Assembly (NCBI GenBank): GCA_002269645.1
Contig: NIVC01001487.1
Location: forward strand, 62,001-126,000
DNA: 64,000 bases
Direction: 5' to 3'
DNA from: Macrostomum lignano
Taxonomy: Eukaryota
The stretch's first letter is position 1; the number at the start of each line of letters is the position of its first letter. The notes beneath the pieces were generated by a model. The model searched no databases, was not told the origin of the DNA, and was given only the letters and a program-made list of their open reading frames with translations. Below are positions 42,070 to 56,400 of the stretch, piece by piece. A program made the translations under genes and the position numbers.

Positions 42070-42920
42070 TGGCGCCAGATAGTTCTTGGGTTTAGCGCCA
42101 GATAGATCTGTGTTTAGCGCCATGATAGATCTGTGTTTAGCGCCATGATAGATCTGTGTTTAGCGCCATGATAGATCTGTGTTTAGCGCCATGATAGATC
42201 TGTGTTTAGCGCCATGATAGATCTGTGTTTAGCGCCAGATAGATCTTGCGTTTAGCGCCATGATAGATCTGTGTTTAGCGCCATGATAGATCTGTGTTTA
42301 GCGCCATGATAGATCTGTGTTTAGCGCCATGATAGATCTGTGTTTAGCGCCTGATAGATCTTGCGTTTAGCGCCATGATAGATCTGTGTTTAGCGCCATG
42401 ATAGATCTGTGTTTAGCGCCATGATAGATCTTGCGTTTAGCGCCATGATAGATCTGTGTTTAGCGCCATGATAGATCTGTGTTTAGCGCCATGATAGATC
42501 TGTGTTTAGCGCCATGATAGATCTTGCGTTTAGCGCCATGATAGATCCTGTGTTTAGTGCCAGATAGTTCTTGTGTTTAGCGCCAGATAATTCTTGCGTT
42601 TAGCGCCACGATGGATCTGTGTTTAGCGCCATATAGTTCTTGTGTTTAGTACCAGAAAGATCTTGTGTTTAGCGCCAGATAGTTCTTGTGTTTAGCGCCA
42701 GATAGTTCTTGTGTTTAGCGCCAGATAATTCTTGCGTTTAGCGCCACGATGGATCTGTGTTTAGCGCCATATAGTTCTTGTGTTTAGTACCAGATAGATC
42801 TTGTGTTTAGCGCCAGATTTTTTAGGTGGCGCCAGAATTCCAGATAGATCCTGTGTTTAGCGCCAGACTTTGTAGGTGGCCTCAGAATGCCAGTTAGATC
42901 TTGAGAGATGCGCCAGGCAG
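42070..42920. repeat. 22/23-bp minisatellite
   Basis: Unit TAGATCTGTGTTTAGCGCCATGA. Confidence 0.95.
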
Positions 42921-43499
42921 ATCCTACAGGGATCCTACAGGCCCTCCAGGGTCACAAATTGCTGTAGGCTTCAGAGTCCAACATGGGATGAGCAGAGCCG
43001 AAGAAGATTCTGATACCACGTGGACCCCTTCTGCATCTTCAGGTACATTAAACAATTTCTCCCGAGGCAATAAGAACAGATCAAATTTGCGGTGCAATCG
43101 CAATCACCCATGGCTCGGGCATCAGCTCAAACGTAAACAACTCACTAAATAACAGATTCGCTAGAAGTTAATGGGGGCGGAGTCAGTCAGTCAGGGTGGA
43201 TCCGACCGAGCCCTGAAGCGTCGAGTTCAGTTTGAACTGCATTGTATTTTCCTTAGCCGTTGTTTGGCCTGTTGCGAGTGTAAGGTAGAGCCTGCTGACT
43301 GCACCGTGTGCTTCTGGATCCGTGTTTATGCAGCCTGTTTATTGATAAACCAGCGGAGCCTTGAGAGAACAGCTGGAGCACATGGCTCTTGGGGTTGGGG
43401 GGGGGAGGGTGCTCAGGGAACTGATCTCGGTTTTGCGCCTTAAGCCCTGATGAGGTGAAAAAAAATTTGAGCGCTTGTTGCACTATGAAATTGGAGTGA

Positions 43500-44345
43500 C
43501 TTGAGAGATGGAGATAGACATAGGGGAGAGATAGAGAAGGGAGATGGAGAGGGAGATGCAGAGAAGAGAGATGGAGAGCAGATGGAGAGAAGGGAGATGG
43601 AGATGGAGAGGGAGATGGAGAGGGAGATAAAGAGGGAGATAGAGGGAGATGGGGAGGGAGATGGAGAGCAGATGGAGAGAAGGGAGATGGAGATGGAGAG
43701 GGAGATAAAGAGGGAGATAGAGGGAGTAGGAGAGGGAGATGGAGAGGGAGATAAAGAGGGAGATAGAGGGAGTAGGAGAGGGAGATGGAGAGGGAGATAA
43801 AGAGGGAGATAGAGGGAGTAGGAGAGGGAGATGGAGAGGGAGATAAAGAGGGAGATAGAGGGAGTAGGAGAGGGAGATGGAGAGGGAGATAAAGAGGGAG
43901 ATAGAGGGAGTAGGAGAGGGAGATGGAGAGGGAGATAAAGAGGGAGATAGAGGGAGATGGGGAGGGAGATGGAGAGCAGATGGAGAGAAGGGAGATGGAG
44001 ATGGAGAGGGAGATAGAGAGGGAGATAGAGAGGGAGATGGAGAGGGAGATAGAGAGGGAGATGGAGAGGGAGATGGAGAGGGAGATAGAGAGGGAGATGG
44101 AGAGGGAGATGGTGAGGGAGATGGAGATAGAGAGGGGAGACAGAGGGGGAACTTGAGATGCAGAGAAGGGAGATAGAGAGGGAGATGGACAGGGAGATGG
44201 AGAGCAGATGGAGAGAAGGGAGATGGAGATGGAGAGGGAGATAGAGAGGGAGATAGAGAGGGAGATGGAGAGGGAGATTGAGAGGGAGATAAAGAGGGAG
44301 ATGGGGAGGGAGATAGAGAGGGGAGACAGAGGGGGAACTTGAGAT
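43500..44345. repeat. GA-rich low-complexity/compound tandem repeat
   Basis: Recurring GAGGGAGATGGA / GAGGGAGATAGA units. Confidence 0.9.
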
Positions 44346-44644
44346 GCAGACGCGGAGACGGACAGTGCATTCCTGTGCTGGAACAAGGCGTGATGGCTGC
44401 ATTTCAGAGCCGTGAATCAAAGTACAAATTTACCAGATTTGGGGCTGGCCATGCGCGCACAGAGCGGCGCACTGAACACAGCAGCGAAGGCCGTCCCAGC
44501 AGCCATGGGTATCAGATGACAGTTCATCCTGTGCATGGGCGTTTAAAACGGCATGCACAGGAAAGTGGATCCGGGCTGCATGCGTCTGCTTCTGTGTGGA
44601 AAAAATAGCTAGGAAAAACTAAAACTAATCCATGCGTGTAGCTG

Positions 44645-45075
44645 CAAGGGATTAGGGGCGCGTCTGGAAGGGATTAGGGGCGGGTCTGGAATGGATTAGG
44701 AGCGGGTCTGGAAGGGATTAGGTGCGGGTCTGGAATGGATTAGGTGCGGGTCTGGAAGGGATTAGGGGCGGGTCTGGAAGGGATTAGGGGAGGGTCTGGA
44801 AGGGATTAGGGGAGGGTCTGGAATGGATTAGGGGAGGGTCTGGAATGGATTAGGGGAGGGTCTGGAATGGATTAGGGGGGTCTGGAATGGATTAGGGGTG
44901 GGTCTGGAATGGTTTAGGGGAGCGTCTGGAATGGATTAGGGGAGCGTCTGGAATGGATTAGGGGCGGGTTTGGAATGCATTAAGGGTGGGTCTAGAATGA
45001 ATTTAGGGTGGGTCTAAAATTGAGTTTAGGAGGGTCTGGAATGGATTAGGGGAGGGTCCGATATGTATTAGGGGA
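44645..45075. repeat. 22-bp G-rich minisatellite containing TTAGGG
   Basis: Unit GAATGGATTAGGGGAGGGTCTG. Confidence 0.92.
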
Positions 45076-45209
45076 GGGGGTTTGTAGGTATGCATTTAAC
45101 ATTACTTAAAACAAAGGAGTGACTCCCAACATAGAAGTACACATGCACTGTTGTAGGCCTTTGCTGCCAGACTCCATCATTTAGTTGTCTGTTGGAAAGC
45201 CTCTACACT

Positions 45210-45252
45210 GTGTCTGACAGACAGACACACAGACAGAGACAGAGAGACAGAC

Positions 45253-45289
<37 letters not shown>

Positions 45290-45490
45290 CACAGACAGAG
45301 ACAGAGAGTCAGACAGACAGACAGAGACAGAAAGACAGACAGAGACAGAGAGACAGACAGAGAGACAGACAGACAGACAGACAGACACACAGACAGAGAC
45401 AGAGAGACAGACAGACAGACAGAGAGACAGACAGACAGACAGACAGAGAGACAGAGACAGAAAGACAGACAGACAGACAGAGACAGAAAG

Positions 45491-45539
<49 letters not shown>

Positions 45540-45622
45540 GACAGAAAGACAGACGGACAGACAGACAGACACACAGACAGACAGAGACAGACAGACAGAC
45601 AGACAGACAGAGAGACAGACAC

Positions 45623-45653
<31 letters not shown>

Positions 45654-45700
45654 CACAGACAGACAGACAGACACACAGACAGACAGACAGACACACAGAC
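45210..45700. repeat. (GACA)n-type microsatellite (duplicate at ~51495-52075)
   Basis: Long imperfect GACA/GAGA run in both duplication copies. Confidence 0.95.
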
Positions 45701-46299
45701 AGTCCCAATGAGAACGCAGGCATCTAGCATCTCAGGGGCGATGCTGAGAGGATGCTGGCTGAAAGAAACTGAAAGACAATGCAGACGAGATCGAGGTCAC
45801 TAGAGGATAATTATCAGAACAAACCCCGCACAACACAAGCCAGAAAATTAACAAACGCTTTGAAAAAAGATGTTTAGACCAGACTTTTCTCTGGTTAGTA
45901 GTATAAGGCAAAATAGTAGTGTAGCATAATTAAAATTTATATTTTTGTTGATGCATTATAAATTTTATTAATTGTATCCTCTCGCCAGTACAGTGGAGGC
46001 ACGGGCAGACAACTGGGAACAAATTCATGTGAAAGGGAAACCACAGGCCGACTGGCAGAACATGCAATTCTGTTCTTTCGCTGAACAACATGGCAGAGCT
46101 GAGCTGCACAACCGCATATTAACAATTGCGAAATGGAAAATATTTTAACTAGTTGATCTTTGCAAATTTTACAATGGGACAGTTTCGAAAATATGATTAA
46201 AAGTTTCAAAACTAGCCTCAGACACGCAGCAACCTCCATCCTAGCGTCTGCTTTGCAGGCACTGAGAAGCCTGGATTTATGGAAATATTCTGAAGAGGA

Positions 46300-46742
46300 T
46301 TTTGAAGATCTGGGAGGCTGGACTAGTAACTGAGGATCTGGGAGGCTGGCCCAGCAACTGACACTCTGGGAGGCTGACCCAGCAACTGAGGATCTGGGAG
46401 GCTGGCCCAGCAACTGACACTCTGGGAGGCTGGCCCAGCAACTGACACTCTGGGAGGCTGGCCCAGCAACTGAGGATCTGGGAGGCTGGCCCAGCAACTG
46501 ACACTCTGGGAGGCTGGCCCAGCAACTGGGGATCTGGGAGGCTGGCCCAGCAACTGGGGATCTGGGAGGCTGGCCCAGCAACTGGGGATCTGGGAGGCTG
46601 GCCCAGCAACTGACACTCTGGGAGGCTGGCCCAGCAACTGGGGATCTGGGAGGCTGGCCCAGCAACTGGGGATCTGGGAGGCTGGCCCAGCAACTGGGGA
46701 TCTGGGAGGCTGGCCCAGCAACTGACACTCTGGGAGGCTGGC
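46300..46742. repeat. 28-bp minisatellite (duplicate at ~52680-53115)
   Basis: Unit GGGAGGCTGGCCCAGCAACT(GAGGATCT/GGGGATCT/GACACTCT). Confidence 0.95.
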
Positions 46743-47088
46743 GGTGGTGACGCAGTAACATAGAATCTGCATGGCAAATTGAAACCAGAGTTAGGAAAAA
46801 AAATCATCGAGTACGTACTAGAATAGTTAGCAGTTGACAAAATAGTTGTGTTTCGATGGATGCTGAGCCTCAAGCCAAAAGCTCACTCAGGTACACAGCA
46901 GGAAAGAAATTCACAATTTTTCGGGTCATAGAAAATGATCAAACACGGCTGGTATCAGTAGCAATGTGTGCGACATGATCTGAGTATTGTATTGTCGATT
47001 GGTTAAGCATTTCAAGTGTCAGTTTAAGGTGTCCTCTTGGCCTGGTTGGCAAGCCAGCCGACGTCAAAAACCCAGCAAAGCAGAAATT

Positions 47089-49809
47089 TTAATTACGGCG
47101 GCTTGGAGCGCAGTATTTCTCGTAGTACTTCTCCAGGTCAGTCTCTGAAAACGGGGAGGATGGGCATCGGGTTGCTTTGTTGACTGCGAGATAAAGAAAG
47201 GGAGAGATTGGGAAATGAAGATGAAGGAGGGAGGTGACTGGGGGATGAAGATGAAGGGAGGGAGGTGACTGGGGGATGAAGATGAAGGGAGGGAGGAGAC
47301 TAGGAGATAAAGATGTAAATAGGGAAAGTGGGAGATGGAGAGACTGGGAGATGAAGCGAAGGCGGCTGAGGCATGAAAGAAAGGAAAGTGTGGGAGATAA
47401 AGGGAGACTGGGGGTTAGAGGAAGAGACTGGGAGATGAAGGGAGACAGGGAGGTGGAAGGAGAGACAGGGAGATGAAGGGAGACTGGGAGATGGAGGGAG
47501 AGACTGGTAGATGAAGGGAGACTTGAAGATGGAGAGAGAAACTGGGAAACGAAGAGATAGACTGGGAAATGAAGGGATAATAGGATGGGAGATGAAGGGA
47601 GACTGGGAGATGGAGAGAGAGACTGGGAAACGAAGGGATAATAGGATGGTAGATAAAGGGAGACTAGGGTTAAAGGGAGAGACTAGGAGATAAAGAGAGA
47701 CTGGGAGATAGAGGGAGAGACTGGGAGATGAAGGGGAGACTGGGAGATGAAGGGGAGACTGGGAGATAAAGGGAGGGAGACTGAGATGAAGGGAAAGAGA
47801 AACAGAGCGACGTAAACACAGAATGAGTCAGTGCCTCTGAACCAGGGGTACTCTCATGAGAGCACACCAACAGCCGCTACGCAAGCTCACCTTTGGCCTG
47901 ACTCATGAGGTTCCACAGTCGCTCTTCATCAGGACTGTGTGGGAAAATGCACTTGACTCCGTATCTGCACTGCTTGGTTTTGGCGATATTCTGGCACAGG
48001 AAGAACTTCGTTTGCGGCCTGTTGGGGTTCGGCACGGGCGCCCTGGCGTCGAGGCCGCTGTTGCTGTAGACGATGATGGGCTTCACCCAGGCGTGCTGCC
48101 GCTGCTGGCACTGGCTGGGCTTATTGGGGTCGCGCGGCGATCGGCACTTGAAGCAGACGGCTTTGAGCAGCTGCTGCTGTGGCTGCGGATTCGCTGCTGA
48201 AGGCGCTGAGGCCGCGGCAGCTGCTGACTGGGCGCCGCTGCTTCCAACAGTTCCAGTCGAGGAGGCTGCGGCAGCGGCTGAGTTCGATGAGGCCGGAACT
48301 GTCGAGGCAGCGGCTGTGGATTTGCGAAGCCTGCAGACAACAGAAACATTTTGGGAGATGGGGATTTAGCCTGCAACTGATTGTAAGTGGCTGGAAATTT
48401 CCGTGGTATTGAGACCGGGTTTCTTGGAATTAGTATTTCGATTTCTAGAAATTTGAATTCTGATTAAATTTCGGATTCATTTTTTGAAAATTCGGATTGC
48501 GCTTCCTAAAAACCAAATTAGGATTCCTAAAATTCAGTTTGTGTTTCTTAGAAACGAAATTAGGATTCCCAAAATTCGGATTGTGTTTCTTAGAAGCGTA
48601 ATTAGGATTCCCAAAATTCGGATTGTGTTTCTTAGAAGCGTAATTAGGATTCCCAAAATTCGGATTGTGTTTCTTAGAAACGAAATTAGGATTCCCAAAA
48701 TTTGGATTGTGTTTCTTAGAAACAAAATTAGGATTCCCAAAATTCGGATTGTGTTTCTTAGAAACAAAATTAGGATTCCCAAAATTCGGATTGTGTTTCT
48801 TAGAAGCGTAATTAGGATTCCCAAAATTCGGATTGTGTTTCTTAGAAACGAAATTAGGATTCCCAAAATTCGGATTGTGTTTCTTAGAAGCGTAATTAGG
48901 ATTCCCAAAATTCGGATTGTGTTTCTTAGAAACGAAATTAGGATTCCCAAAATTTGGATTGTGTTTCTTAGAAACAAAATTAGGATTCCCAAAATTCGGA
49001 TTGTGTTTCTTAGAAACGAAATTAGGATTCACAAAATTTGGATTGTGTTTCTTAAAAACAAAATTAGGATTCCCAAAATTCGGATTGTGTTTCTTAGAAG
49101 CGTAATTAGGATTCCCAAAATTCGGATTGTGTTTCTTAGAAGCGTAATTAGGATTCCCAAAATTCGGATTGTGTTTCTTAGAAGCGTAATTAGGATTCCC
49201 AGAATTCGGGTTGCGTTTCTTAGAAACGAAATTTGGGTTTTAAGAATACAGATCAAGTTTCATGAAATTCATACTGGGATTCTTAGAATTTAGACTTAAT
49301 TTCTCGGATTGCGCTGCTTAGAATCGATATCGGGGATATCTTACACTTTTGATTCATAAAGACTTAACATTGAGATTAATATTTTAAGAATTAAGACTCA
49401 AAAAGTGTTAATCAAAAACAGCACACAGCTCTCACCTGCGCACAGCGGCGTCCCAGGACCAGCGGCCCACCCGCTCCAGATTCCACAGCTGGCATTCCAC
49501 TTCGCCGTGCGCGTAGTCGCAGTCGGACCTGAGGCACTTGTCCTCCACGTACAGGCGGCAGTTGTAGTACTCCCTGACCGGCTTGCTGCCTGACCGCAGC
49601 TGCCGCACCTGGCACCAGTGAGAGGCGCCGGGCGCCCGGACCAGCAGGCGGGTCTCGGCGCAGGAGTGCCCGGTCGCTGGGTCGTACTTGAACCGGGTGC
49701 AGATCACGTCCAGCGGCGTGGAGCACTGGTCGCAGGCCAGAACCATGGAGTAGTCCGGGACCGACGGGAATTCTAGCGTGGATGCGGCGGCTTGGCCGGC
49801 CGTCCGAGA
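47089..49809 (-). pseudogene. Duplicated 3' exons (4'-6') of the zinc-module gene; orphan or alternative terminal cassette
   Basis: Exons 49809-49436, 48330-47891 and 47144-47089 have the same lengths (374, 440, 56 nt) and splice sites as 56142-55769, 54705-54266 and 53518-53463. One visible amino-acid change (STPEF to STLEF). Confidence 0.7.
48480..49240. repeat. 42-bp intronic minisatellite (duplicate at ~54855-55570)
   Basis: Unit TTAGGATTCCCAAAATTCGGATTGTGTTTCTTAGAAGCGTAA. Confidence 0.95.
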
Positions 49810-49884
49810 CTGAGGGAGACGCGGGGGGGACCCCAAAATCTTTAAACAATCTCTCCCTGCAGAATGATGGAATAAAAAAACGAT

Positions 49885-51270
49885 CAGAATCCAAATCTAC
49901 TAAATCTCACCCCTTAGAATCCAAATCTACTAAATCTCACCCCTCAGAATCCAAATCTACTAAATCTCACCCCTCAGAACCCAAATCTAATAAATCTCAC
50001 CCCTTAGAATCCATCCAAATCTACTAAATCTCACCCCTCAGAATCTAAATCTACTAAATCTCACCCTGGAGAATCCAAACCTACTAAATCTCACCCTGGA
50101 GAATCCAAATCTACTAAATCTCACCCTGGAGAATCCAAATCTACTAAATCTTAACCCTCAGAATCCAAATACACTAAATCTCACACTATACTCCAAAACA
50201 ACAAAATCTCATTCTAGAAGACACCCAACCCACAAAATCTCAGTCTAGAAGACACCCAACCCACAAAATCTCAGCCTAAAGACACCCAACCCACAAAATC
50301 TCATTCTAGAAGACACCCAACCCACAAAATCTCAGTCTAGAAGACACCCAACCCACAAAATCTCAGTCTAGAAGACACCCAACCCACAAAATCTCAGTCT
50401 AGAAGACACCCAACCCACAAAATCTCAGTCTAGAAGACACCCAACCCACAAAATCTCAGTCTAGAAGACACCCAACTCACAAAATCTCAGTCTAGAAGAC
50501 ACCCAACCCACAAAATCTGTCTAGAAGACACCCAACCCACAAAATCTGTCTAAAAGACACCCAACCCACAAAATCTGTCTAGAAGACACCCAACCCACAA
50601 AATCTGTCTAGAAGACACCCAACCCACAAAATCTCAGTCTAGAAGACACCCAACCCACAAAATCTGTCTAGAAGACACCCAACTCACAAAATCTCAGTCT
50701 AGAAGACACCCAACTCACAAAATCTCAGTCTAGAAGACACCCAACCCACAAAATCTCAGTCTAGAAGACACCCAACCCACAAAATCTGTCTAGAAGACAC
50801 CCAACCCACAAAATCTGTCTAGAAGACACCTAACCCACAAAATCTCAGCCTAAAGACACCCAACCCACAAAATCTCATTCTAGAAGACACCCAACCCACA
50901 AAATCTCAGTCTAGAAGACACCCAACCCACAAAATCTCAGTCTAGAAGACACCCAACCCACAAAATCTCAGTCTAGAAGACACCCAACTCACAAAATCTC
51001 AGTCTAGAAGACACCCAACCCACAAAATCTGTCTAGAAGACACCCAACCCACAAAATCTGTCTAGAAGACACCCAACACACAAAATCTGTCTAGAAGACA
51101 CCCAACCCACAAAATCTGTCTAGAAGACACCCAACCCACAAAATCTGTCTAGAAGACACCCAACCCACAAAATCTCAGTCTAGAAGACACCCAACTCACA
51201 AAATCTCAGTCTAGAAGACACCCAACTCACAAAATCTCAGTCTAGAAGACACCCAACCCACAAAATCTCA
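49885..51270. repeat. Adjacent 30-bp and 29/31-bp intronic minisatellites (duplicate at ~56220-57790)
   Basis: GAATCCAAATCTACTAAATCTCACCCCTCA array followed by a CTAGAAGACACCCAACCCACAAAATCT(CA)GT array. Confidence 0.95.
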
Positions 51271-51668
51271 AGCCACAATTCACAGTCTCACCGTTGGGAA
51301 GAATTGAGTTTAGGAGGGTCTGGAATGGATTAGGGGAGGGTCCGATATGTATTAGGGGAGGGGGTTTGTAGGTATGCATTTAACATTACTTAAAACAAAG
51401 GAGTGACTCCCAACATAGAAGTACACATGCACTGTTGTAGGCCTTTGCTGCCAGACTCCATCATTTAGTTGTCTGTTGGAAAGCCTCTACACTGTGTCTG
51501 ACAGACAGACACACAGACAGAGACAGAGAGACAGACAGAGAGACAGACAGACAGACAGACAGACACACAGACAGAGACAGAGAGACAGACAGACAGACAG
51601 AGAGACAGACAGACAGACAGACAGAGAGACAGAGACAGAAAGACAGACAGACAGACAGAGACAGAAAG

Positions 51669-51721
<53 letters not shown>

Positions 51722-51800
51722 GACAGAAAGACAGACGGACAGACAGACAGACAGAAAGACACTAAGACAGACACTAAGACAGACACTAAGACAGACAGAA

Positions 51801-51843
<43 letters not shown>

Positions 51844-51860
51844 GAGACAGAGACAGAAAG

Positions 51861-51913
<53 letters not shown>

Positions 51914-51996
51914 GACAGAAAGACAGACGGACAGACAGACAGACACACAGACAGACAGAGACAGACAGACAGACAGACAGACAGAGAGACAGACAC

Positions 51997-52027
<31 letters not shown>

Positions 52028-53462
52028 CACAGACAGACAGACAGACACACAGACAGACAGACAGACACACAGACAGTCCCAATGAGAACGCAGGCATCTA
52101 GCATCTCAGGGGCGATGCTGAGAGGATGCTGGCTGAAAGAAACTGAAAGACAATGCAGACGAGATCGAGGTCACTAGAGGATAATTATCAGAACAAACCC
52201 CGCACAACACAAGCCAGAAAATTAACAAACGCTTTGAAAAAAGATGTTTAGACCAGACTTTTCTCTGGTTAGTAGTATAAGGCAAAATAGTAGTGTAGCA
52301 TAATTAAAATTTATATTTTTGTTGATGCATTATAAATTTTATTAATTGTATCCTCTCGCCAGTACAGTGGAGGCACGGGCAGACAACTGGGAACAAATTC
52401 ATGTGAAAGGGAAACCACAGGCCGACTGGCAGAACATGCAATTCTGTTCTTTCGCTGAACAACATGGCAGAGCTGAGCTGCACAACCGCATATTAACAAT
52501 TGCGAAATGGAAAATATTTTAACTAGTTGATCTTTGCAAATTTTACAATGGGACAGTTTCGAAAATATGATTAAAAGTTTCAAAACTAGCCTCAGACACG
52601 CAGCAACCTCCATCCTAGCGTCTGCTTTGCAGGCACTGAGAAGCCTGGATTTATGGAAATATTCTGAAGAGGATTTTGAAGATCTGGGAGGCTGGACTAG
52701 TAACTGAGGATCTGGGAGGCTGGCCCAGCAACTGACACTCTGGGAGGCTGACCCAGCAACTGAGGATCTGGGAGGCTGGCCCAGCAACTGACACTCTGGG
52801 AGGCTGGCCCAGCAACTGACACTCTGGGAGGCTGGCCCAGCAACTGAGGATCTGGGAGGCTGGCCCAGCAACTGACACTCTGGGAGGCTGGCCCAGCAAC
52901 TGAGGATCTGGGAGGCTGGCCCAGCAACTGGGGATCTGGGAGGCTGGCCCAGCAACTGGGGATCTGGGAGGCTGGCCCAGCAACTGACACTCTGGGAGGC
53001 TGGCCCAGCAACTGGGGATCTGGGAGGCTGGCCCAGCAACTGGGGATCTGGGAGGCTGGCCCAGCAACTGGGGATCTGGGAGGCTGGCCCAGCAACTGAC
53101 ACTCTGGGAGGCTGGCGGTGGTGACGCAGTAACATAGAATCTGCATGGCAAATTGAAACCAGAGTTAGGAAAAAAAATCATCGAGTACGTACTAGAATAG
53201 TTAGCAGTTGACAAAATAGTTGTGTTTCGATGGATGCTGAGCCTCAAGCCAAAAGCTCACTCAGGTACACAGCAGGAAAGAAATTCACAATTTTTCGGGT
53301 CATAGAAAATGATCAAACACGGCTGGTATCAGTAGCAATGTGTGCGACATGATCTGAGTATTGTATTGTCGATTGGTTAAGCATTTCAAGTGTCAGTTTA
53401 AGGTGTCCTCTTGGCCTGGTTGGCAAGCCAGCCGACGTCAAAAACCCAGCAAAGCAGAAATT

Positions 53463-56400
53463 TTAATTACGGCGGCTTGGAGCGCAGTATTTCTCGTAGT
53501 ACTTCTCCAGGTCAGTCTCTGAAAACGGGGAGGATGGGCATCGGGTTGCTTTGTTGACTGCGAGATAAAGAAAGGGAGAGATTGGGAAATGAAGATGAAG
53601 GAGGGAGGTGACTGGGGGATGAAGATGAAGGGAGGGAGGTGACTGGGGGATGAAGATGAAGGGAGGGAGGAGACTAGGAGATAAAGATGTAAATAGGGAA
53701 AGTGGGAGATGGAGAGACTGGGAGATGAAGCGAAGGCGGCTGAGGCATGAAAGAAAGGAAAGTGTGGGAGATAAAGGGAGACTGGGGGTTAGAGGAAGAG
53801 ACTGGGAGATGAAGGGAGACAGGGAGGTGGAAGGAGAGACAGGGAGATGAAGGGAGACTGGGAGATGGAGGGAGAGACTGGTAGATGAAGGGAGACTTGA
53901 AGATGGAGAGAGAAACTGGGAAACGAAGAGATAGACTGGGAAATGAAGGGATAATAGGATGGGAGATGAAGGGAGACTGGGAGATGGAGAGAGAGACTGG
54001 GAAACGAAGGGATAATAGGATGGTAGATAAAGGGAGACTAGGGGTTAAAGGGAGAGACTAGGAGATAAAGAGAGACTGGGAGATAGAGGGAGAGACTGGG
54101 AGATGAAGGGGAGACTGGGAGATGAAGGGGAGACTGGGAGATAAAGGGAGGGAGACTGAGATGAAGGGAAAGAGAAACAGAGCGACGTAAACACAGAATG
54201 AGTCAGTGCCTCTGAACCAGGGGTACTCTCATGAGAGCACACCAACAGCCGCTACGCAAGCTCACCTTTGGCCTGACTCATGAGGTTCCACAGTCGCTCT
54301 TCATCAGGACTGTGTGGGAAAATGCACTTGACTCCGTATCTGCACTGCTTGGTTTTGGCGATATTCTGGCACAGGAAGAACTTCGTTTGCGGCCTGTTGG
54401 GGTTCGGCACGGGCGCCCTGGCGTCGAGGCCGCTGTTGCTGTAGACGATGATGGGCTTCACCCAGGCGTGCTGCCGCTGCTGGCACTGGCTGGGCTTATT
54501 GGGGTCGCGCGGCGATCGGCACTTGAAGCAGACGGCTTTGAGCAGCTGCTGCTGTGGCTGCGGATTCGCTGCTGAAGGCGCTGAGGCCGCGGCAGCTGCT
54601 GACTGGGCGCCGCTGCTTCCAACAGTTCCAGTCGAGGAGGCTGCGGCAGCGGCTGAGTTCGATGAGGCCGGAACTGTCGAGGCAGCGGCTGTGGATTTGC
54701 GAAGCCTGCAGACAACAGAAACATTTTGGGAGATGGGGATTTAGCCTGCAACTGATTGTAAGTGGCTGGAAATTTCCGTGGTATTGAGACCGGGTTTCTT
54801 GGAATTAGTATTTCGATTTCTAGAAATTTGAATTCTGATTAAATTTCGGATTCATTTTTTGAAAATTCGGATTGCGCTTCCTAAAAACCAAATTAGGATT
54901 CCTAAAATTCAGTTTGTGTTTCTTAGAAACGAAATTAGGATTCCCAAAATTCGGATTGTGTTTCTTAGAAGCGTAATTAGGATTCCCAAAATTCGGATTG
55001 TGTTTCTTAGAAGCGTAATTAGGATTCCCAAAATTCGGATTGTGTTTCTTAGAAACGAAATTAGGATTCCCAAAATTTGGATTGTGTTTCTTAGAAACAA
55101 AATTAGGATTCCTAAAATTCGGATTGTGTTTCTTAGAAACGAAATTAGGATTCCCAAAATTCGGATTGTGTTTCTTAGACGCGTAATTAGGACTCCCAAA
55201 ATTCGGATTGTGTTTCTTAGAAACAAAATTAGGATTCCCAAAATTCGGATTGTGTTTCTTAGAAGCGTAATTAGGATTCCCAAAATTCGGATTGTGTTTC
55301 TTAGACGCGTAATTAGGATTCCCAAAATTCGGATTGTGTTTCTTAGAAGCGTAATTAGGATTCCCAAAATTCGGATTGTGTTTCTTAGACGCGTAATTAG
55401 GACTCCCAAAATTCGGATTGTGTTTCTTAGAAAAAAAATTAGGATTCCCAAAATTCGGATTGTGTTTCTTAGAAGCGTAATTAGGATTCCCAAAATTCGG
55501 ATTGTGTTTCTTAGAAGCGTAATTAGGATTCCCAGAATTCGGGTTGCGTTTCTTAGAAACAAAATTTGGGTTTTAAGAATACAGATCAAGTTTCATGAAA
55601 TTCATACTGGGATTCTTAGAATTTAGACTTAATTTCTCGGAATGCGCTGCTTAGAATCGATATCGGGGATATCTTACACTTTTGATTCATAAAGACTTAA
55701 CATTGACATTAATATTTTAAGAATTAAGACTCAAAAAGTGTTAATCAAAAACAGCACACAGTTCTCACCTGCGCACAGCGGCGTCCCAGGACCAGCGGCC
55801 CACCCGCTCCAGATTCCACAGCTGGCATTCCACTTCGCCGTGCGCGTAGTCGCAGTCGGACCTGAGGCACTTGTCCTCCACGTACAGGCGGCAGTTGTAG
55901 TACTCCCTGACCGGCTTGCTGCCTGACCGCAGCTGCCGCACCTGGCACCAGTGAGAGGCGCCGGGCGCCCGGACCAGCAGGCGGGTCTCGGCGCAGGAGT
56001 GCCCGGTCGCTGGGTCGTACTTGAACCGGGTGCAGATCACGTCCAGCGGCGTGGAGCACTGGTCGCAGGCCAGAACCATGGAGTAGTCCGGGACCGACGG
56101 GAATTCTGGCGTGGATGCGGCGGCTTGGCCGGCCGTCCGAGACTGAGGGAGACGCGGGGGGGGACCCCAAAATCTTTAAACAATCTCTCCCTGCAGAATG
56201 ATGGAATAAAAAAACGATCAGAATCCAAATCTACTAAATCTCACCCCTTAGAATCCATCCAAATCTACTAAATCTCATCCCTCAGAATCCAAATCTACTA
56301 AATCTCACCCCTCAGAATCCAAATCTACTAAATCTCATCCCTCAGAATCTAAATCTACTAAATCTCACCCTGGAGAATCCAAACCTACTAAATCTCACCC

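Noticed and set aside
43447-43460. Hammerhead-like CTGATGA...GAAA
   Set aside because: Only 3 nt separate the motifs, and there is no stem II or flanking stems I/III.
45937-46873. 274-aa and 198-aa ORFs (also 52311-53247)
   Set aside because: Mostly 28-bp minisatellite translation; the remainder shows no domain.
48445-49293. NPNFVSKKH / IRIPKIRIVF repeat ORFs
   Set aside because: A 42-bp intronic array that lacks stops in several frames.
51292-51319. Cryptic 28-nt exon at the duplication junction that could join both copies into a 7-module protein
   Set aside because: AG and GT exist, but 28 nt after a phase-1 exon leaves phase 2, which is incompatible with phase-0 exon 4'.
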